Positions 26,745-35,393 of a stretch of 62,089 nt of DNA are shown here, piece after piece. Below the pieces are notes generated by a model. It was not told the origin of the DNA, ran no database searches, and saw only the letters and a program-made list of their open reading frames with translations. The DNA lies in the NCBI GenBank assembly GCA_903902315.1, contig CAIUUK010000013.1, forward strand, positions 1-62,089, in the 5' to 3' direction. Numbering within the stretch: position 1 is the first letter of the stretch; each line of letters begins with the position of its first letter. Source of the stretch: an uncultured bacterium (lineage in GTDB: Bacteria; Patescibacteriota; Minisyncoccia; Phycocordibacterales; PALSA-1337). The position numbers and the translations under genes are program-made.

Positions 26745-26809
26745 TTCAATGGATAGAACAGGAGACTTCTAAGCTCTTGATGTAGGTTCGATTCCTACCG
26801 GGAGGACCA
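26735..26809 (+). tRNA. tRNA-Arg (anticodon TCT), CCA encoded
   Basis: Hand fold: CCTCCCG/CGGGAGG acceptor, GTTC/GAAC D stem, anticodon loop CTTCTAA, GTAGG-TTCGATT-CCTAC T arm, A-CCA end. Confidence 0.85.
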
Positions 26810-26941
26810 AAATGAACGTAGTGAATTTTGCGGACTCCCGAACAAGATGCCTTCGCATCTTGTGTGTAGGAATCGAAAAGGCTGAATATATAGCGCGGAA
26901 CGTAGTGAGCACTATATGAAGCCTCTACTGAAGCTGTAAGC

Positions 26942-26964
26942 TTCGATTCCTACCGGGAGGACCA
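26942..26964 (+). repeat. Perfect 23-nt direct copy of the tRNA-Arg(TCT) 3' end
   Basis: TTCGATTCCTACCGGGAGGACCA occurs at 26787-26809 and again at 26942-26964. An inverted T-arm copy, GTAGGAATCGAA, lies at 26866-26877. Confidence 0.85.
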
Positions 26965-27016
26965 TATGATATAATTATAGAGGTCATTAACCATTATTAG
27001 CTATTAATTTCATAAT

Positions 27017-27238
27017 ATGAAATCACTTCATGCTATTGCGTTTATTCTCGTCATTGTTGGTGGTTTGAACTGGCTCCTCGTTGGCCTCTTCAACCTCGAT
27101 GTAGTTATGTATCTAGGTGTTGCTCTAGCAAAGATCGTCTATGTTCTCGTCGGTCTTTCAGCGATCTACCTTATCGTTACACACAAAAAGGATTGCAAAT
27201 GTTGCGACAAGTCAGTAGCTACTCCTGCACAGATGTAA
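27017..27238 (+). CDS. DUF378-family small membrane protein
   Basis: ILVIVGGLNWLLVGLFNLDVV is the characteristic GGLNW motif. Confidence 0.75.
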   Translation: MKSLHAIAFILVIVGGLNWLLVGLFNLDVVMYLGVALAKIVYVLVGLSAIYLIVTHKKDCKCCDKSVATPAQM

Positions 27239-27272
27239 GTTTGAGTAATTTTTTACTTAATTTATATTCAAC

Positions 27273-27300
27273 AAAAAATCACCACTGTGGTGATTTTTTG
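27273..27300. terminator. Bidirectional hairpin terminator
   Basis: AAAAAATCACCAC tgt GGTGATTTTTT. Confidence 0.65.
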
Positions 27301-27315
27301 TTTCTGTCTATTTGA

Positions 27316-27391
27316 TGGTGGGCGATACAGGACTCGAACCTGTGACCTTCTCTGTGTAAAAGAGTTGCTCTACCAACTGAGCTAATCGCCC
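27316..27391 (-). tRNA. tRNA-Val (anticodon TAC), CCA encoded
   Basis: Hand fold: GGGCGAT/ATCGCCC acceptor, GCTC/GAGC D stem, ACTCT/AGAGA anticodon stem with loop TTTACAC, ACAGG-TTCGAGT-CCTGT T arm. Confidence 0.9.
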
Positions 27392-27453
27392 GCGAATTTC
27401 GACCAGAACCTCGAATCTTTGCCTTACCCGATACAATAGCGTATATTCATGCT

Positions 27454-28314
27454 ATGAGCAATAAGTCATCATCAAAAACCAAGAAGAACCATAGGCCTAG
27501 CACCAAAGCACGGCCTACGAAATTACCGAAAATCAATGTTCTATATGAGGACAGTGATATTGTTGCTATCAACAAACCTGCTGGCATCATGGTTCACCCA
27601 GATGGTAGAGCAAAAGGACCATTCATAACTGATTGGGTTATGGAACATTATCCACGTGCTGCCAAGGTTGGCGAGCCAGCTCGAGCCGTCGACGGAACTG
27701 AGATTCTTCGTCCTGGTATCGTTCATCGTCTCGATCGTGAGACATCTGGAGTTTTGCTAATTGCTAAAACTGTAAAAGGTCACGCTTTTCTAAAAAAACA
27801 GTTTCAGGACCGCACTATAAAAAAGAAATATATCGCTTTTGTTTGGGGTGATCTCAAAGAAGAATTCGGAACAATTACTCGACCAATCGGTCGTAGTGGT
27901 TCAGATTTTCGTAGATATTCTGCAAGTCGTGGTTCGCGCGGAGTAGAGCGTGAAGCTGAAACATATTGGACTAAACTTGCCACAGTTATTGTGCCAATGA
28001 AACTTGAAAATGTTTCTTCTGGACGCAATAAAGATAGCACTGAAAGTAAACAGAGATTTACACTTATGGAAGCTGAGCCAAAGACTGGAAGAACGCATCA
28101 GATCCGTGTGCATTTTTCAGCAATACAGCATCCTGTCGTAGGGGACACTCTGTATGCCCCAAATCGTCCAATGGAGCTTGGATTTAAACGAACAGCACTC
28201 CATGCACGATCCATCGAGTTTGATACTGTTAAAGGCGAGCATGTAAAGATTGAAGCACCTTTACCAAATGACTTTAAAGCCGCATGCAAAGCAACAGGAA
28301 TTGAGATACAATAG
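27454..28314 (+). CDS. RluA-family pseudouridine synthase (RluD-like, no S4 domain evident)
   Basis: HRLDRETSGVLLIAK catalytic motif and GRTHQIRVH. Confidence 0.85.
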   Translation: MSNKSSSKTKKNHRPSTKARPTKLPKINVLYEDSDIVAINKPAGIMVHPDGRAKGPFITDWVMEHYPRAAKVGEPARAVDGTEILRPGIVHRLDRETSGVLLIAKTVKGHAFLKKQFQDRTIKKKYIAFVWGDLKEEFGTITRPIGRSGSDFRRYSASRGSRGVEREAETYWTKLATVIVPMKLENVSSGRNKDSTESKQRFTLMEAEPKTGRTHQIRVHFSAIQHPVVGDTLYAPNRPMELGFKRTALHARSIEFDTVKGEHVKIEAPLPNDFKAACKATGIEIQ

Positions 28315-28321
28315 AATTATT

Positions 28322-28567
28322 ATGATTCCAATGATTGGAAGGATACTACCAAGTGCTCTAGCACTTTTGGGTGTAGTTGATACGCTTAAACTTTGGCCTA
28401 CGCATATTTTCTGGAGTATTGTGACAGGAATCATTACTATTTATTTGCTTCACCTTGTGTTTAAGGACTTTGAATCATCGACACCGAAACATTCTCTGCA
28501 TTTCTTTTTGAGTCACTTGTTCGCAATGCTCTATGTTTTGTTTGTGGCTTATTTGATTTTCTTTTAA
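28322..28567 (+). CDS. Small membrane hypothetical protein
   Basis: Three hydrophobic segments. The ATG at 28322 was preferred over the ORF-track start that overlaps rluD. Confidence 0.4.
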   Translation: MIPMIGRILPSALALLGVVDTLKLWPTHIFWSIVTGIITIYLLHLVFKDFESSTPKHSLHFFLSHLFAMLYVLFVAYLIFF

Positions 28568-28676
28568 TAAACTCCACACTCAGTTCTAAGTGCTTGACTA
28601 TCGCGCCATTTTTTGTTTAAATTATCCCTCAACTCTGGCATAGCAATAATAACCTTACTAACCCTTCATTTAACAT

Positions 28677-30500
28677 ATGGATAAGCAAGAAATCAGAAAC
28701 ATAGCCATCATTGCACACGTGGACCACGGTAAGACTACACTCACGGATGCCATCATGACTCAGTGTGGTCACGGCGATGAGGGAAGTATGGATAGTAACG
28801 CCCTTGAACAAGAGCGCGGTATCACTATTTATGCCAAGAACACCTCTGTCATATATAAAGGCACAAAGATCAACATTGTCGACACACCAGGTCACGCGGA
28901 CTTCGGTTCAGAGGTTGAGCGTGTCCTCCGTTCTATCGACACGGTTCTTCTCGTAGTCGATGCTCAAGAAGGTCCTATGCCACAGACTCGTTTCGTCCTC
29001 AAAAAATCTCTAGAACTTGGTCTTAAACCAATCGTCATCATAAACAAGATCGACAAACCAGCTGCTAACCCAAACCTCGTTCACGAACAAGTCCTCGAAC
29101 TTTTCATAGAGCTTGGTGCACATGATGCTCAGATCGATTTCCCAACAGTCTATGCTATCGGCCGTCAGGGTATAGCAAAAATGAATCTAGCTGATGATTC
29201 AAAAGATCTCACACCACTTCTCGACTGTATTTTGAGTCATGTTGCTCCAGCTAATACAGCAGAACAGGCTAGTTTGCCACTCAAAGCTCAAGTATTTAAC
29301 CTTGGTTATGATAATTTCCTCGGACGTCTTGGTGTATGCCGTATTTATGATGGTTCTATAAAAGATGGTCAGAATATTTGGGTCAAAGATATCAACGGTA
29401 AGACATTTACTGGCAAGGTGACAAAACTCTTTACATTTGAAGGAAAGAAGCGCGTCGAAGTCAAAGAAGCTTTTGCGGGCGACATTATCACTGTTGCTGG
29501 TTTGCCGGACATTTATATTGGCGAGACACTTATAGACAACGAAGCAACTCCAGCGCTCCCAACGATCAAGATCGATGAACCAACTATCAGTCTAAGTTTC
29601 CTCGTTAACAATTCTCCTTTTGCTGGCAGAGAAGGTAAGTTCGTCACGGGTCGTCAGATTCGCGAGCGTTTAGAAAAAGAACTCGAGATCAATGTCGGTT
29701 TGAAGGTGGACTTTTCTCCAAATGAATATTTCAAAGTCTACGGTCGTGGAGAGCTCCACATCGCGGTTCTCCTAGAAAACATGCGCCGTGAAGGTTATGA
29801 ACTTCAGGTTTCTCAGCCACAGGTTATTGTTAAAGAAGTAAAGAATGAAGATGGAAAAATGGAAAAAGTTGAGCCGTTTGAGGAATTGACGGTCGATATT
29901 CCAGAAGAATTTACTGGTGCCATCATCGACAAGCTCGGCAAGCGCAAGGCTATTATGACAGACATGAAGACGAAGGATGGTTTGTCACGAATCCTTTTTG
30001 AAATCCCAACTCGTGGTCTTCTCGGTTATAGAAACGTTTTCGTTATTGATACAAAAGGTGAAGGAATTCTCGCTAGTCGTTTTATAGATTTCAAACCATA
30101 TGCTGGCACCATCGAAAAGCGTGAGACTGGTTCAATGACTTCTATGGTTTCTGGTAAATCTCTCGGTTTCTCACTTTGGAATCTTCAGGATCGCGGCCGT
30201 CTCTTTATCGGTCCTGCCGTCGAAGTTTATGAAGGTATGGTTGTTGGTGATACTTCAAAAGGTGATGATATGGACGTTAACCCATGTAAGGGCAAGGCCA
30301 TGTCAAACATGCGTTCATCTGGTAAAGACGAAGCTCTCATGCTCGTGCCTCACTATGAGCTCAGTATCGAACGTGGTCTCGAACTCATGCGTGAAGATGA
30401 ATATCTCGAAATCACTCCTATCAATGTTCGTTTGCGCAAGAAGTTTCTCACTCCGACTGATCGCTCAAAGGCGTCAAGAAAGGACGGGGTAGTGGCGTAG
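28677..30500 (+). CDS. typA: Translational GTPase TypA/BipA
   Basis: IRNIAIIAHVDHGKTTL, DTPGHADF, NKID and a full EF-G-like domain layout over 607 aa. Confidence 0.95.
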   Translation: MDKQEIRNIAIIAHVDHGKTTLTDAIMTQCGHGDEGSMDSNALEQERGITIYAKNTSVIYKGTKINIVDTPGHADFGSEVERVLRSIDTVLLVVDAQEGPMPQTRFVLKKSLELGLKPIVIINKIDKPAANPNLVHEQVLELFIELGAHDAQIDFPTVYAIGRQGIAKMNLADDSKDLTPLLDCILSHVAPANTAEQASLPLKAQVFNLGYDNFLGRLGVCRIYDGSIKDGQNIWVKDINGKTFTGKVTKLFTFEGKKRVEVKEAFAGDIITVAGLPDIYIGETLIDNEATPALPTIKIDEPTISLSFLVNNSPFAGREGKFVTGRQIRERLEKELEINVGLKVDFSPNEYFKVYGRGELHIAVLLENMRREGYELQVSQPQVIVKEVKNEDGKMEKVEPFEELTVDIPEEFTGAIIDKLGKRKAIMTDMKTKDGLSRILFEIPTRGLLGYRNVFVIDTKGEGILASRFIDFKPYAGTIEKRETGSMTSMVSGKSLGFSLWNLQDRGRLFIGPAVEVYEGMVVGDTSKGDDMDVNPCKGKAMSNMRSSGKDEALMLVPHYELSIERGLELMREDEYLEITPINVRLRKKFLTPTDRSKASRKDGVVA

Positions 30501-30884
30501 GGAAAGGAGTGTAATTTTTTTGTTACGTTTTGCTAGGTCAAATTTTGATTTGACGGTTTTTCTTATTAAATAGGAGGGTGCGGACATTTCTCCTTAAGTG
30601 CCATTTTAGAAACCGTACGATTGTACGACCCTCGTCTCGCTTCTCCCGATTTATAGCCATACAAAAATTATTTGAATGTAACAATCGTATAATTATACGG
30701 ATTTAAAATAGGGGTCACGGAAAAGACACAGTGGCCCAGGCTAAAATGGTAATTTTGATAAATAAAAAAATACCCTGGGCGATTTTACTTGCTTCGTGGT
30801 TTATCCACCTTTGTCTATTGCGGTGTGGGTAGGTGGAGTTACAATGAAGCCTGCAGTTAAAACTTTTGAGGAAAGGTCATTCTT

Positions 30885-31067
30885 ATGGCAAAACTATGTG
30901 AAGAGTGTCAGCATCAATATTGTTGTAAACTTACAGCAATTGGGGAAAATTGCCCAGCGATTCATCCTCTTTTGCGACAATCTGTGGAAGTTTCAGATGA
31001 AGATTCGCAACCAACCGAGAATACATCCATGATTCCGTGTGATGCCTTGGAGGGTTTAAATCTGTAA
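30885..31067 (+). CDS. Small acidic Cys-rich protein, 60 aa
   Basis: GAGGAAAGG Shine-Dalgarno about 8 nt upstream and a strong terminator directly downstream. Seven Cys residues (CEECQHQYCC...C...C). Confidence 0.5.
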   Translation: MAKLCEECQHQYCCKLTAIGENCPAIHPLLRQSVEVSDEDSQPTENTSMIPCDALEGLNL

Positions 31068-31087
31068 AACTTTATTTGTTTTTTCCA

Positions 31088-31117
31088 AGCCAGACTCCTC
31101 CAGTCTGGCTCTTTTCT
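31088..31117 (+). terminator. Rho-independent terminator
   Basis: AGCCAGACT cctcc AGTCTGGCT followed by CTTTTCTT. Confidence 0.7.
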
Positions 31118-31154
31118 TGATTATTTATTATCCATATGATAAGCTCTCTCCACT

Positions 31155-31607
31155 ATGGCAATCAAGGCAAATTCCAAAATCGTCACTACTATCAACGCAG
31201 AAACACGCAAGAACCTCGATATTCACGCAGGTGATTTGGTTCGTGTTTGGCAGAAGATCGAAGAGGCAAAGGGTAAGTTCCGTCTTCAGGCTTTCGAAGG
31301 TCTCGTTTTGTCACACAAACATGGCTCAGAAGCCGGCGCTACTTTCACAGTTCGCAAAGTTATCGATGGTATCGGTGTTGAACGTATTTTTCCACTTTAC
31401 TCACCAATGATTGATGAGATCGAACTCGTTCGTCGTTCAAAGGTTCGCCGTGCAAAACTCTATTTCGTCCGCGAACAAGCTGCAAAGGAGATCCGCAAAA
31501 AGATGCGTCGCGTTATGGATACAAAATATCCAGACGAAGTTGTTGCAACAGATGTAGTCAAGAAAGGAACAAAGGTAGACGCTCCAAAGGAAGAAAAGAC
31601 CGCTTAA
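31155..31607 (+). CDS. rplS: 50S ribosomal protein L19 with a C-terminal extension
   Basis: GDLVRVWQKIEE...RLQAFEGLVLS...TFTVRKV..GIGVERIFPLYSP.I..IELVRR is the L19 core. Confidence 0.95.
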   Translation: MAIKANSKIVTTINAETRKNLDIHAGDLVRVWQKIEEAKGKFRLQAFEGLVLSHKHGSEAGATFTVRKVIDGIGVERIFPLYSPMIDEIELVRRSKVRRAKLYFVREQAAKEIRKKMRRVMDTKYPDEVVATDVVKKGTKVDAPKEEKTA

Positions 31608-31620
31608 GCGGTCTTTTTGT
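31595..31620 (+). terminator. Rho-independent terminator of rplS
   Basis: AAGACCGC ttaa GCGGTCTT followed by TTTG. The stop codon sits in the loop. Confidence 0.7.
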
Positions 31621-31669
31621 TGATTAAGTGGCGCATTTCAGCTATAGTGTGCAAGTTCTTTTGAAACAA

Positions 31670-31753
31670 GCGCGGGTGGCGAAATTGGTAGACGCACTAC
31701 CTTGAGGTGGTAGCGCCCATATGGGCATGGAAGTTCGAGTCTTCTCCCGCGCA
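31670..31753 (+). tRNA. tRNA-Leu (anticodon GAG), class II
   Basis: Hand fold: GCGCGGG/CCCGCGC acceptor, CTACC/GGTAG anticodon stem with loop TTGAGGT, variable arm GCCCATATGGGC, GGAAG-TTCGAGT-CTTCT T arm. Confidence 0.9.
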
Positions 31754-31762
31754 CAATTTAGT

Positions 31763-32416
31763 ATGAAAGAAAAAAGTATTCTCAAGCAAACCAAAGTCTT
31801 TGTCCAGGAACGCCTCGGTACCGAAGGCACTGGTCATGATTGGTGGCACATTGAACGTGTGTTAAATAATGTACATCTCATAAATAAATCAGAAAAGGCA
31901 AATCAATTCATCATTGATTTGGCGGTATTATTGCATGATGTTGGAGATAGGAAAGTTCTCAATACGATAGAGGATGATTATTCCATTGCCGAGATTTTCT
32001 TGAAGGAAATAAAAGTATCAGCTGAAGTGGTTGATAAAGTTATGTTTATTATCAAAAATATGTCTTTCAGCAAGTCTTTGAATAATAAAAATGCCTCTGC
32101 ACCAATTGAATTTTTTGTTGTTCAGGATGCCGATAGGCTTGATGCCTTAGGGGCAATTGGTATCGCTAGACTATTTGCCTATGGCGGAAGCAAGTCTCGT
32201 CCACTATATGATCCAACCAAGAAGCCTCAGTTATTCAGTACAACAAAAAGCTATAAAAAATTGAACACATCATCGTTTCATCACTTTGAGGAGAAAATCT
32301 TTCTATTGAAGGATTTAATGAATACAAAAGGGGCAAGAAAGATTGCTCAAAAAAGACATGATTATGTGAGGAAATACACTGATCAGTTCTTAGCAGAGTG
32401 GTATGGTAAGAAATAA
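31763..32416 (+). CDS. HD-domain phosphohydrolase
   Basis: GHDWWHIERV and LLHDVGD motifs. The start was set at the MKEKSIL Met after the tRNA. Confidence 0.8.
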   Translation: MKEKSILKQTKVFVQERLGTEGTGHDWWHIERVLNNVHLINKSEKANQFIIDLAVLLHDVGDRKVLNTIEDDYSIAEIFLKEIKVSAEVVDKVMFIIKNMSFSKSLNNKNASAPIEFFVVQDADRLDALGAIGIARLFAYGGSKSRPLYDPTKKPQLFSTTKSYKKLNTSSFHHFEEKIFLLKDLMNTKGARKIAQKRHDYVRKYTDQFLAEWYGKK

Positions 32417-32430
32417 TATATAATTATTAC

Positions 32431-32988
32431 ATGCTCTACACACGAAAAGGCGACGCAGGTACCACCAAGGATTTCAATTCGAAACCTGGTGAAAGAAAAT
32501 CAAAGAGCTCATGCCAGACAGAGTCGCTCGGGGCACTGGACGAGCTAGGTGCTTTCTTGGGTCTGGCTAAGCTGAAGTCAGTTGAGGTTTCGTGGACGGT
32601 TGATGGTGTGAAGCTGGCCGACATCGTCGCTTGGACGCAAGATAATTTGTTCACGGTTCAGGCTGAGGTGGCCGGGGCTGATAAGAGAGTTGGCCAAGAC
32701 AAAGTTATCCAAATGGAAAATTGGATCGATTGGATAGAAAAAGAATTGCCGCCAATAAAAACTTTTTTTATCTCTGGCGGTACCGAGCTTGCGGCTTTAT
32801 TTGATGTGTCACGTACACTTGCACGCAAAGCAGAACGACGAGTTGTGGCAGGAACAGAAGCGGGGGAGTTCGTCTTGGATTCGGCAACACTGGCATTTCT
32901 CAATCGACTTTCCTCATTATTCTACGCTTTAGCTAGACTTACTAACCACAAATCTGGTATAACTGAGCAACCCCCAAGTTATAAGTAA
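32431..32988 (+). CDS. ATP:cob(I)alamin adenosyltransferase, PduO type
   Basis: MLYTRKGDAGTT N-terminus and helical-bundle length typical of the PduO/MMAB family. Confidence 0.8.
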   Translation: MLYTRKGDAGTTKDFNSKPGERKSKSSCQTESLGALDELGAFLGLAKLKSVEVSWTVDGVKLADIVAWTQDNLFTVQAEVAGADKRVGQDKVIQMENWIDWIEKELPPIKTFFISGGTELAALFDVSRTLARKAERRVVAGTEAGEFVLDSATLAFLNRLSSLFYALARLTNHKSGITEQPPSYK

Positions 32989-33039
32989 TCGCTAGATGGG
33001 GGGATTGTATACGGTTCTGATCGTTTAGGTTCGTAATAT

Positions 33040-33113
33040 GGTGGCTATAGTTTAGTGGTAAAACTTCGGTTTGTGGAGCCGATATCGAGAGTTCGATTCT
33101 CTCTAGCCACCCA
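33040..33113 (+). tRNA. tRNA-His (anticodon GTG) with encoded G-1
   Basis: Hand fold: G-1 plus GTGGCTA/TAGCCAC acceptor, TCGGT/GCCGA anticodon stem with loop TTGTGGA, GAGAG-TTCGATT-CTCTC T arm, discriminator C. Confidence 0.9.
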
Positions 33114-33293
33114 TTAGAGTGCTTAATATAACCTGTGAATCTAGCTTGATATCTAGGGATTTTTTAGTTTTTGTGTTTGCCTAGCAGATGGTTTTTTGAT
33201 GCAATAATTTGCTTTTGGATAGGGGCTATCGCTCAGTTAATATAACTTTATGTTTTATTTATGAGTTTAGGTCTAAAGCTATGTAACCCCATT

Positions 33294-33331
33294 CTATTCC
33301 AATTTGTGGTAGAAGTTGTATAGTATATAAG
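33294..33331 (+). promoter_or_regulatory. Promoter-like motif shared with 43248-43285
   Basis: CTATTCCAATTTG-n6-AAGTTGTATAGT occurs upstream of both 33352 and 43320. TTCCAA and TATAGT are spaced like -35 and -10 elements. Confidence 0.45.
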
Positions 33332-33351
33332 TCTAAAGCCTCCATATTATT

Positions 33352-33543
33352 ATGAATAAAATGATTCTCGCTTCTCTTTGTATATTGGTTGTACTAACAA
33401 CTTTCACCTTTCAAGCGGAGGCTCGTGCAAGGTACAGTAGCATTAGGGTCGGCGGCTACAATAGTCACGGTAAGGCTAGTCATTATATAGGTGGATATGT
33501 GCGTAGTACGCATACGATTAAATATTATTTGAAACACTATTAA
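33352..33543 (+). CDS. Small secreted protein, 63 aa
   Basis: Signal peptide followed by a GGY..HGK.SHYIGGYVRS motif related to the N-terminus of the 43320 product (SGYYRSNGTYVNGYERT). Confidence 0.45.
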   Translation: MNKMILASLCILVVLTTFTFQAEARARYSSIRVGGYNSHGKASHYIGGYVRSTHTIKYYLKHY

Positions 33544-33548
33544 AATTT

Positions 33549-34016
33549 ATGACTATTTTTTGTCATCAATGTGGTAAAAAGATTGACAGTGATGCTAGAT
33601 TTTGTGAATCATGTGGAGCTACAATTAAAAGCAATGTTTCTAAAAGTAATGAATCAGAACACGAATTAAAGACGCCAGTAGTTAGTATGTCTTCCGGTTC
33701 GTTGATTAAATGTGGAAGTTGTCACTATGAGGGTCAGGGAGAACCTGCTAGAAGTATTGCCGGTATTATCCTCGCTTGTCTTTGTATATTTATAGCATGG
33801 CCAATTACTCTTATATATTTTCTTGTTACTTATAAGCATCAGTGTCCTAAATGTAAATCGACTTTTGTTAGTGTAAAAAATATTGCAGGTGAATTTATTC
33901 CACAAAGTAAATCTACATCTAGAACAATATTGAAGATAATCGGATGGGGACTATTTGGAATAGCGTTATTAATTATTGTATCAATGGTTTTGTTGTATTT
34001 TCCAGTCTGGAAGTAA
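33549..34016 (+). CDS. Zinc-ribbon protein with a LITAF-like membrane-inserted second zinc ribbon
   Basis: N-terminal CHQCG...FCESCG. It is followed by CGSC...hydrophobic stretch...CPKC, then a C-terminal TM. Confidence 0.55.
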   Translation: MTIFCHQCGKKIDSDARFCESCGATIKSNVSKSNESEHELKTPVVSMSSGSLIKCGSCHYEGQGEPARSIAGIILACLCIFIAWPITLIYFLVTYKHQCPKCKSTFVSVKNIAGEFIPQSKSTSRTILKIIGWGLFGIALLIIVSMVLLYFPVWK

Positions 34017-34049
34017 TAGGTAATACTTAAATATATAAAAAATAATAAA

Positions 34050-34931
34050 ATGCATTGCACAAATTGCGGTAAACAAGTAAATACAAATGAAAAGTTTTGC
34101 ACTGGTTGTGGAAAACCTTTATCGCACAAGTCAAAGTCATCTAATTTTAAATTCAGGGGACGTCCTTTAAATATTCCAGGGTTGGTAGTCATCCTTATTA
34201 TTATTGTCCTCGTGATATATGGTGCTTATGCAAGTTCACAGGATGATACGGCTCGACAGTCAAATGATCAGGGTCTAAGTAGTATGAATAATGGCAACAC
34301 TCAGTTAGCTACTCAGCAACTTCAAAGTGCATCGCAAACTGCATCAGATGATAATATAAAGAGAGCCACTTTAATTAATTTGGCTTATGTTTATGAGTCA
34401 GACAATAAAGATTTGCAAGCATTAACTACTTTTAAACAAGCGTTACAGCTCGCTCAATCTAATACATCAGATTATTATTTAATTTTGGCCGAGATTGCCG
34501 ATCTTCAAGGAGATCAATATTCTGCCTATACTAATTTTAATAATGCAGATCAGATTAATCCGAATAATTACCAAATTACTAATTCACTCGGATTGTTCTA
34601 CCTCGATTTAGATAATACCTCTACCAACTACGAGAATTATCCTAAAGCACTTATTCTCTTAAAGAAGGCGTACTCCATAGCACCTGTGGTTAATGGCGAA
34701 ATTGCAAAACAGAACTTAGCTATAGCATATTGTCTTAATGATAATTACGCTCAAACTATTAGCCTTTTATTGAATGAAAATTTTAATAACTTCCCATATT
34801 CTGCATATTGGTTGGGTCTGGCTTATTTGGGTGAGGGTGATTCAATAAACGGTAGATTTTATTTGCAAAAGGCAGTTAATCTAGGTGCAAATGTACCGCA
34901 AAAGATTAAAGATTTTCTTAATTCAAACTAA
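34050..34931 (+). CDS. Zinc-ribbon / TM / TPR-repeat protein
   Basis: CTNCG...FCTGCG, one TM, then TPR-like repeats (ATLINLAYVYESDNKDLQALTTFKQAL..., YWLGLAYLGEGDSINGRFYLQKA). Confidence 0.6.
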   Translation: MHCTNCGKQVNTNEKFCTGCGKPLSHKSKSSNFKFRGRPLNIPGLVVILIIIVLVIYGAYASSQDDTARQSNDQGLSSMNNGNTQLATQQLQSASQTASDDNIKRATLINLAYVYESDNKDLQALTTFKQALQLAQSNTSDYYLILAEIADLQGDQYSAYTNFNNADQINPNNYQITNSLGLFYLDLDNTSTNYENYPKALILLKKAYSIAPVVNGEIAKQNLAIAYCLNDNYAQTISLLLNENFNNFPYSAYWLGLAYLGEGDSINGRFYLQKAVNLGANVPQKIKDFLNSN

Positions 34932-35389
34932 TGATTATATTTGGCTGGCGTACAATTGTCACAAAACTAGGCATAGTTTTTAAAAGGTTATGTGATCATT
35001 GTCACAATGAAGAATATTGGATTCTAAATAGAGTAACCAAATGGTTTACATTATTTTTTATACCAGTAATTCCTTATGACTCAAATTATTTTTTTAGTTG
35101 TCCAATTTGTAAGTACGGTTTTAATTTAAACACAGATCAGATTAAGGCATTTAAACCAATAGCAGAAATTAATCAATTGTTGATGGAAGGAAAGATAAAT
35201 CAAGATCAATATCAAGTGAAATTAAACGAGATTAATGGGGCGGTACAAAATCCTCTACAGTCAAATAAATCTGATGAGGCGGAATCGAGCATAAAACCAG
35301 AATTACAATATTGTGCGAATTGTGGCACTTTGGTTGCTAAAGAGATAAAATTTTGTGGTAATTGTGGGGTTAATGTAATTCCGAATTAA
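34931..35389 (+). CDS. Zinc-ribbon membrane protein
   Basis: CDHC...CPIC flank a hydrophobic segment. The C-terminal CANCG...FCGNCG is a further zinc ribbon. TAATG overlap with the upstream gene. Confidence 0.5.
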   Translation: MIIFGWRTIVTKLGIVFKRLCDHCHNEEYWILNRVTKWFTLFFIPVIPYDSNYFFSCPICKYGFNLNTDQIKAFKPIAEINQLLMEGKINQDQYQVKLNEINGAVQNPLQSNKSDEAESSIKPELQYCANCGTLVAKEIKFCGNCGVNVIPN

Positions 35390-35393
35390 ACAT

